Shown in pieces: positions 18,059 through 20,225 of a stretch of 20,225 nucleotides of DNA (position 1 is its first letter; every line of letters begins with the position of its first letter). The translations under genes and the position numbers were made by a program. The notes under the pieces are model-generated. The model worked only from the letters and a program-made list of their open reading frames with translations, was not told the DNA's origin and searched no databases. This DNA is from a virus (lineage: Duplodnaviria > Heunggongvirae > Uroviricota > Caudoviricetes): positions 128,001 to 148,225 of IMG/VR virus record IMGVR_UViG_3300013800_000004; one strand, 5' to 3'.

Positions 18059-18116
18059 CACACGGGCTTCCTGGGTCCGGGTCTCGGACCCTTGTGCGGC
18101 CATCCATGGCCGCAGT

Positions 18117-18320
18117 CTAGGCATTTGTCGACCAGCCCAGCCTCGGGAGGTGGCTCGCGACGAGTCCACGAAGCACGCTGCTACGGCTGGCCTTGAAGCT
18201 AGGGTCCAACCCGCGGAGGCGGGCCACCTCGGCGTCGAGGAGGGAGACGAGCTCCTGTGGCATACGCACCAGCACGGTGGTCTTGGGAGTTGCAGGGGTC
18301 TTGGGCGAGTTGGTAGACAT
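18117..18320 (-). CDS. Ribbon-helix-helix (Arc/CopG-like) DNA-binding protein, 67 aa
   Basis: TTVLVRMPQELVSLLDAEV...SRSSVLRGLVASHL matches the RHH strand-helix-helix pattern. Start reassigned to ATG 18320, just after the upstream stop. Confidence 0.75.
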   Translation of the reverse strand: MSTNSPKTPATPKTTVLVRMPQELVSLLDAEVARLRGLDPSFKASRSSVLRGLVASHLPRLGWSTNA

Positions 18321-18324
18321 AGTG

Positions 18325-18332
18325 GTATTACG
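18325..18332 (-). promoter_or_regulatory. Conserved junction motif CGTAATAC (copy 4)
   Basis: Contains the TAA stop of 18328..18567; CGTAAT ends 6 nt before the RHH ATG, with no SD. Confidence 0.6.
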
Positions 18333-18567
18333 TCGTGGGTGGAGAGGTGGGGGGTGCAAACGGTGGGTCAAGTGCGTCTGCCAACCGTCGGTAGAAGGCC
18401 GCGAGTTCCTTGGGGGACATGATGGGGCTGTACGGGACCGGCCCCATCGGCGGGTGCTCCACAGGGGTCGAGTGGTACGGGCACGGAGGTGGGGGCGTCA
18501 CGGACCACCGGGGGGCTCCGCAGTTGCAGCCAAGAGGGGTGTAGGGAATCTGGACGTGCATGGTCAT
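18328..18567 (-). CDS. 79-aa Pro-rich protein with CxC-x12-CxxH putative metal site
   Basis: ATGA overlap with the DUF1643 stop. GCNCGAPRWSVTPPPPCPYH plus an amphipathic helix KELAAFYRRLADALD. Confidence 0.65.
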   Translation of the reverse strand: MTMHVQIPYTPLGCNCGAPRWSVTPPPPCPYHSTPVEHPPMGPVPYSPIMSPKELAAFYRRLADALDPPFAPPTSPPTT

Positions 18568-19151
18568 TGAGGTGGTCCTGTGTAGGGGGTCGGGGTGGAG
18601 TCGTCCGGTAGGTACAGAGGATGGGAAGGCGTCCCGTCGGCGTTGACCTTCAGGGCGTGAAGCACCCTCTCACCACCCAACGCATCACGGCAGAACTTCA
18701 TGACGCGGCTGGCCCGACCCTGTGTGTTGCCGTGTGCCCCCCAAGCGGCGATGGTGAGCTTGGGGCACAGGTGCATGGCCTGCATGATGTACTGGTCGTT
18801 GAACGACCCTGCCACGTTCACCCCCGCCTTGGCCGCTGCGATGAGATCGCCCGGTTCGGTGGCACGGTAGGCAAACAGGTTCGCGACCTCTACGCCACCA
18901 TAGCCCCAGGCACGGGAGAACTTCAAGACCTTCCTGATCGTCGGGTCGTCCTCTGTGGCATCTGCTGTCGAGGGGTTCAACATCAACCAGCACACCATCG
19001 GGAGCGCCCGGTCCCACATGCGCCACAGCCGGTACCTGTACGGGCCGTCGAGGATCGCCCCTGTGAGGGGGAGCTCAGGTGTCTTGGCATCGGTGGGCGC
19101 GACGCTCATGGAATCCATGAGGTCGAAGTCCATGTCGAACTTGGACTTCAC
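18564..19151 (-). CDS. DUF1643 family protein
   Basis: Family signature YRYRLWRMWD...WLMLNPSTADATEDDPTIRK...WGYGG...NLFAYRATEP...IAAWG...PSHPLY. GTGA overlap with the Nudix gene. Confidence 0.9.
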   Translation of the reverse strand: MKSKFDMDFDLMDSMSVAPTDAKTPELPLTGAILDGPYRYRLWRMWDRALPMVCWLMLNPSTADATEDDPTIRKVLKFSRAWGYGGVEVANLFAYRATEPGDLIAAAKAGVNVAGSFNDQYIMQAMHLCPKLTIAAWGAHGNTQGRASRVMKFCRDALGGERVLHALKVNADGTPSHPLYLPDDSTPTPYTGPPQ

Positions 19152-19582
19152 GGCTCAACCAGCCCACCCATGATCCCATCCTCGATCATGATCACAGCTA
19201 CGAGGTTCATCCGGGCCCTGCTTGGTGACGTGGCGAGGTCATATCGGGTGGCCCAGAACGCCACCCCCTCGGAGGAGCTCACAAGGGAGGCCTTGGGGTC
19301 GGCATCCGCCTGGAACACCGTGCAGACGTAGTGGAGCCCATCAGTACCGAGGATGGGGGTGGTGTACAGGGGCCTGAGGTTGAAGACCTCAACCCCAAGT
19401 TCCTCGCGGGCTTCGCGCACGGCGCACGCCTCGGCGGACTCTCCAGGGTCACACTTGCCACCAGCGAACTCCACTTGGTGTCGCTTGGCGTGATGGATGG
19501 CCGAGAACTTCCCATCCCTGTGAATCACCACACACGCCGACCGGATGGGGTTCTCTGGGCTGCCCTTGTCACCAGGGATCAC
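19148..19582 (-). CDS. Nudix hydrolase
   Basis: Nudix box GKCDPGESAEACAVREAREELGV (Gx5Ex7RExxEExGU). GTGA overlaps at both ends. Confidence 0.92.
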   Translation of the reverse strand: MIPGDKGSPENPIRSACVVIHRDGKFSAIHHAKRHQVEFAGGKCDPGESAEACAVREAREELGVEVFNLRPLYTTPILGTDGLHYVCTVFQADADPKASLVSSSEGVAFWATRYDLATSPSRARMNLVAVIMIEDGIMGGLVEP

Positions 19583-19956
19583 TGGAACACCTCAGCGACG
19601 GCTCGCACGACGGCTTGAAATAGCACGTCCTTCCGGCGCTGTGCCTCAGGCAGTTCAGCGTACGGCACCATGCACGGGGAGGTCTTTGCGGTGAAGGACT
19701 TCACCGGGCCATAGGTCCATTCCTCTGCTCGGCGTGACTCCAGCCATAGGTTGTGCGAGTCCTCGGGGGTACCACCCGCAAGCGCGTGTTTTACCCCGGC
19801 GATGGCGCTGTTGCGCTGTGCATCGGTGAGCTCGTCCCACGGGGGTGCGAGTGTGTCGCCAATGGCGGCGTTGTAGATGTTGTTGACCTCATGCGCCGCG
19901 CAGGCACATGTCTCTGCGATCTTGTGGGCATCGGTAGCCCGCAGGGGAGTAGTCAT
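19579..19956 (-). CDS. Stand-alone RyR-domain protein (phage type)
   Basis: AHEVN...PPWDEL and SHNLWLESRRAEEWTYGPVKSFTAKTSPCMVPYAELPEAQRRKD match the RyR repeat pattern. Start reassigned to ATG 19956 (ATGA overlap). Confidence 0.85.
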   Translation of the reverse strand: MTTPLRATDAHKIAETCACAAHEVNNIYNAAIGDTLAPPWDELTDAQRNSAIAGVKHALAGGTPEDSHNLWLESRRAEEWTYGPVKSFTAKTSPCMVPYAELPEAQRRKDVLFQAVVRAVAEVFQ

Positions 19957-20198
19957 GTCAGCTTCTTCCATCGTTCGTGAACATCTCGCGCAAGACGCCC
20001 CTCAGTGGTGGTGTCCATGCCACTGATGGCGTTTCGCAGGCTACCCCCGACCCACCGGTAGGCCGCGATGCACCGGCCAATACGGCCCCGAGCCCAGGAG
20101 TACAGGAGCACGTCTCCGTTGGCCCACAGGACCGCAAGGCACTGGTTCTTCGGGCCAAGTAGCCACTCGTCCAGGGGTTTCTCGATGTCGTCAGTCAT
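19953..20198 (-). CDS. 81-aa Trp-rich hypothetical protein
   Basis: ATG start, stop overlaps the RyR gene start, same strand as the operon. Confidence 0.6.
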   Translation of the reverse strand: MTDDIEKPLDEWLLGPKNQCLAVLWANGDVLLYSWARGRIGRCIAAYRWVGGSLRNAISGMDTTTEGRLARDVHERWKKLT

Positions 20199-20225
20199 TG
20201 TTATCCGGGGGTGCGGGGAGGGTGG

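Noticed and set aside
18333-18356. G-rich plus-strand tracts (also about 18584-18600 and 20207-20225) as possible G-quadruplexes
   Set aside because: The first two are explained by Pro/Thr codons on the minus strand in a high-GC genome; the last is truncated by the window edge.
315-20198. Stop-codon reassignment (alternative genetic code), as seen in some large phages
   Set aside because: Code 11 gives near-complete coding density, including a 10.6-kb ORF. TGA, TAG and TAA all terminate genes right at the next start or junction.
1-20225. CRISPR array, tRNA/rRNA, transposase/integrase, DGR template-variable repeat pair
   Set aside because: No regularly spaced repeats, cloverleafs, recombinase or RT motifs, or long near-identical repeats were seen by eye. 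A tRNAscan/Infernal/self-dotplot run would be needed to exclude them formally.

Overview
High-GC, densely coding window that looks like part of a large tailed (probably myo-type or jumbo) bacteriophage genome; the phage assignment is inferred, since no capsid, terminase or portal gene is in view. Nearly all credible genes lie on the minus strand in tightly coupled runs (many ATGA/GTGA overlaps). Left two thirds (315-14549): a putative virion module with a 195-aa Gly/Ala repeat protein, a giant 3538-aa beta-rich repeat protein, two small helical proteins and an 848-aa protein with similar helical modules at both ends. Right third (14559-20198): an accessory block encoding a RyR-domain protein, a Nudix hydrolase, DUF1643, a ribbon-helix-helix regulator, a WPPY-type SAM methyltransferase, a HAD_SAK_2-like phosphatase, a Cys-rich Zn-finger protein and a coiled-coil/wHTH protein. 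The most distinctive non-coding signal is a recurrent minus-strand motif, CGTAA(T/C)AC, at four gene junctions, with a variant before the giant gene. Its TAA is usually the upstream stop codon, and two copies sit at leaderless-transcript distance from the next start. A 31-aa ORF missing from the ORF track ends in one copy. A partial plus-strand HTH-repeat gene converges on the module at the left edge. No tRNA, rRNA, CRISPR array or transposase was recognised. All family calls are by eye from motifs, not from database searches.
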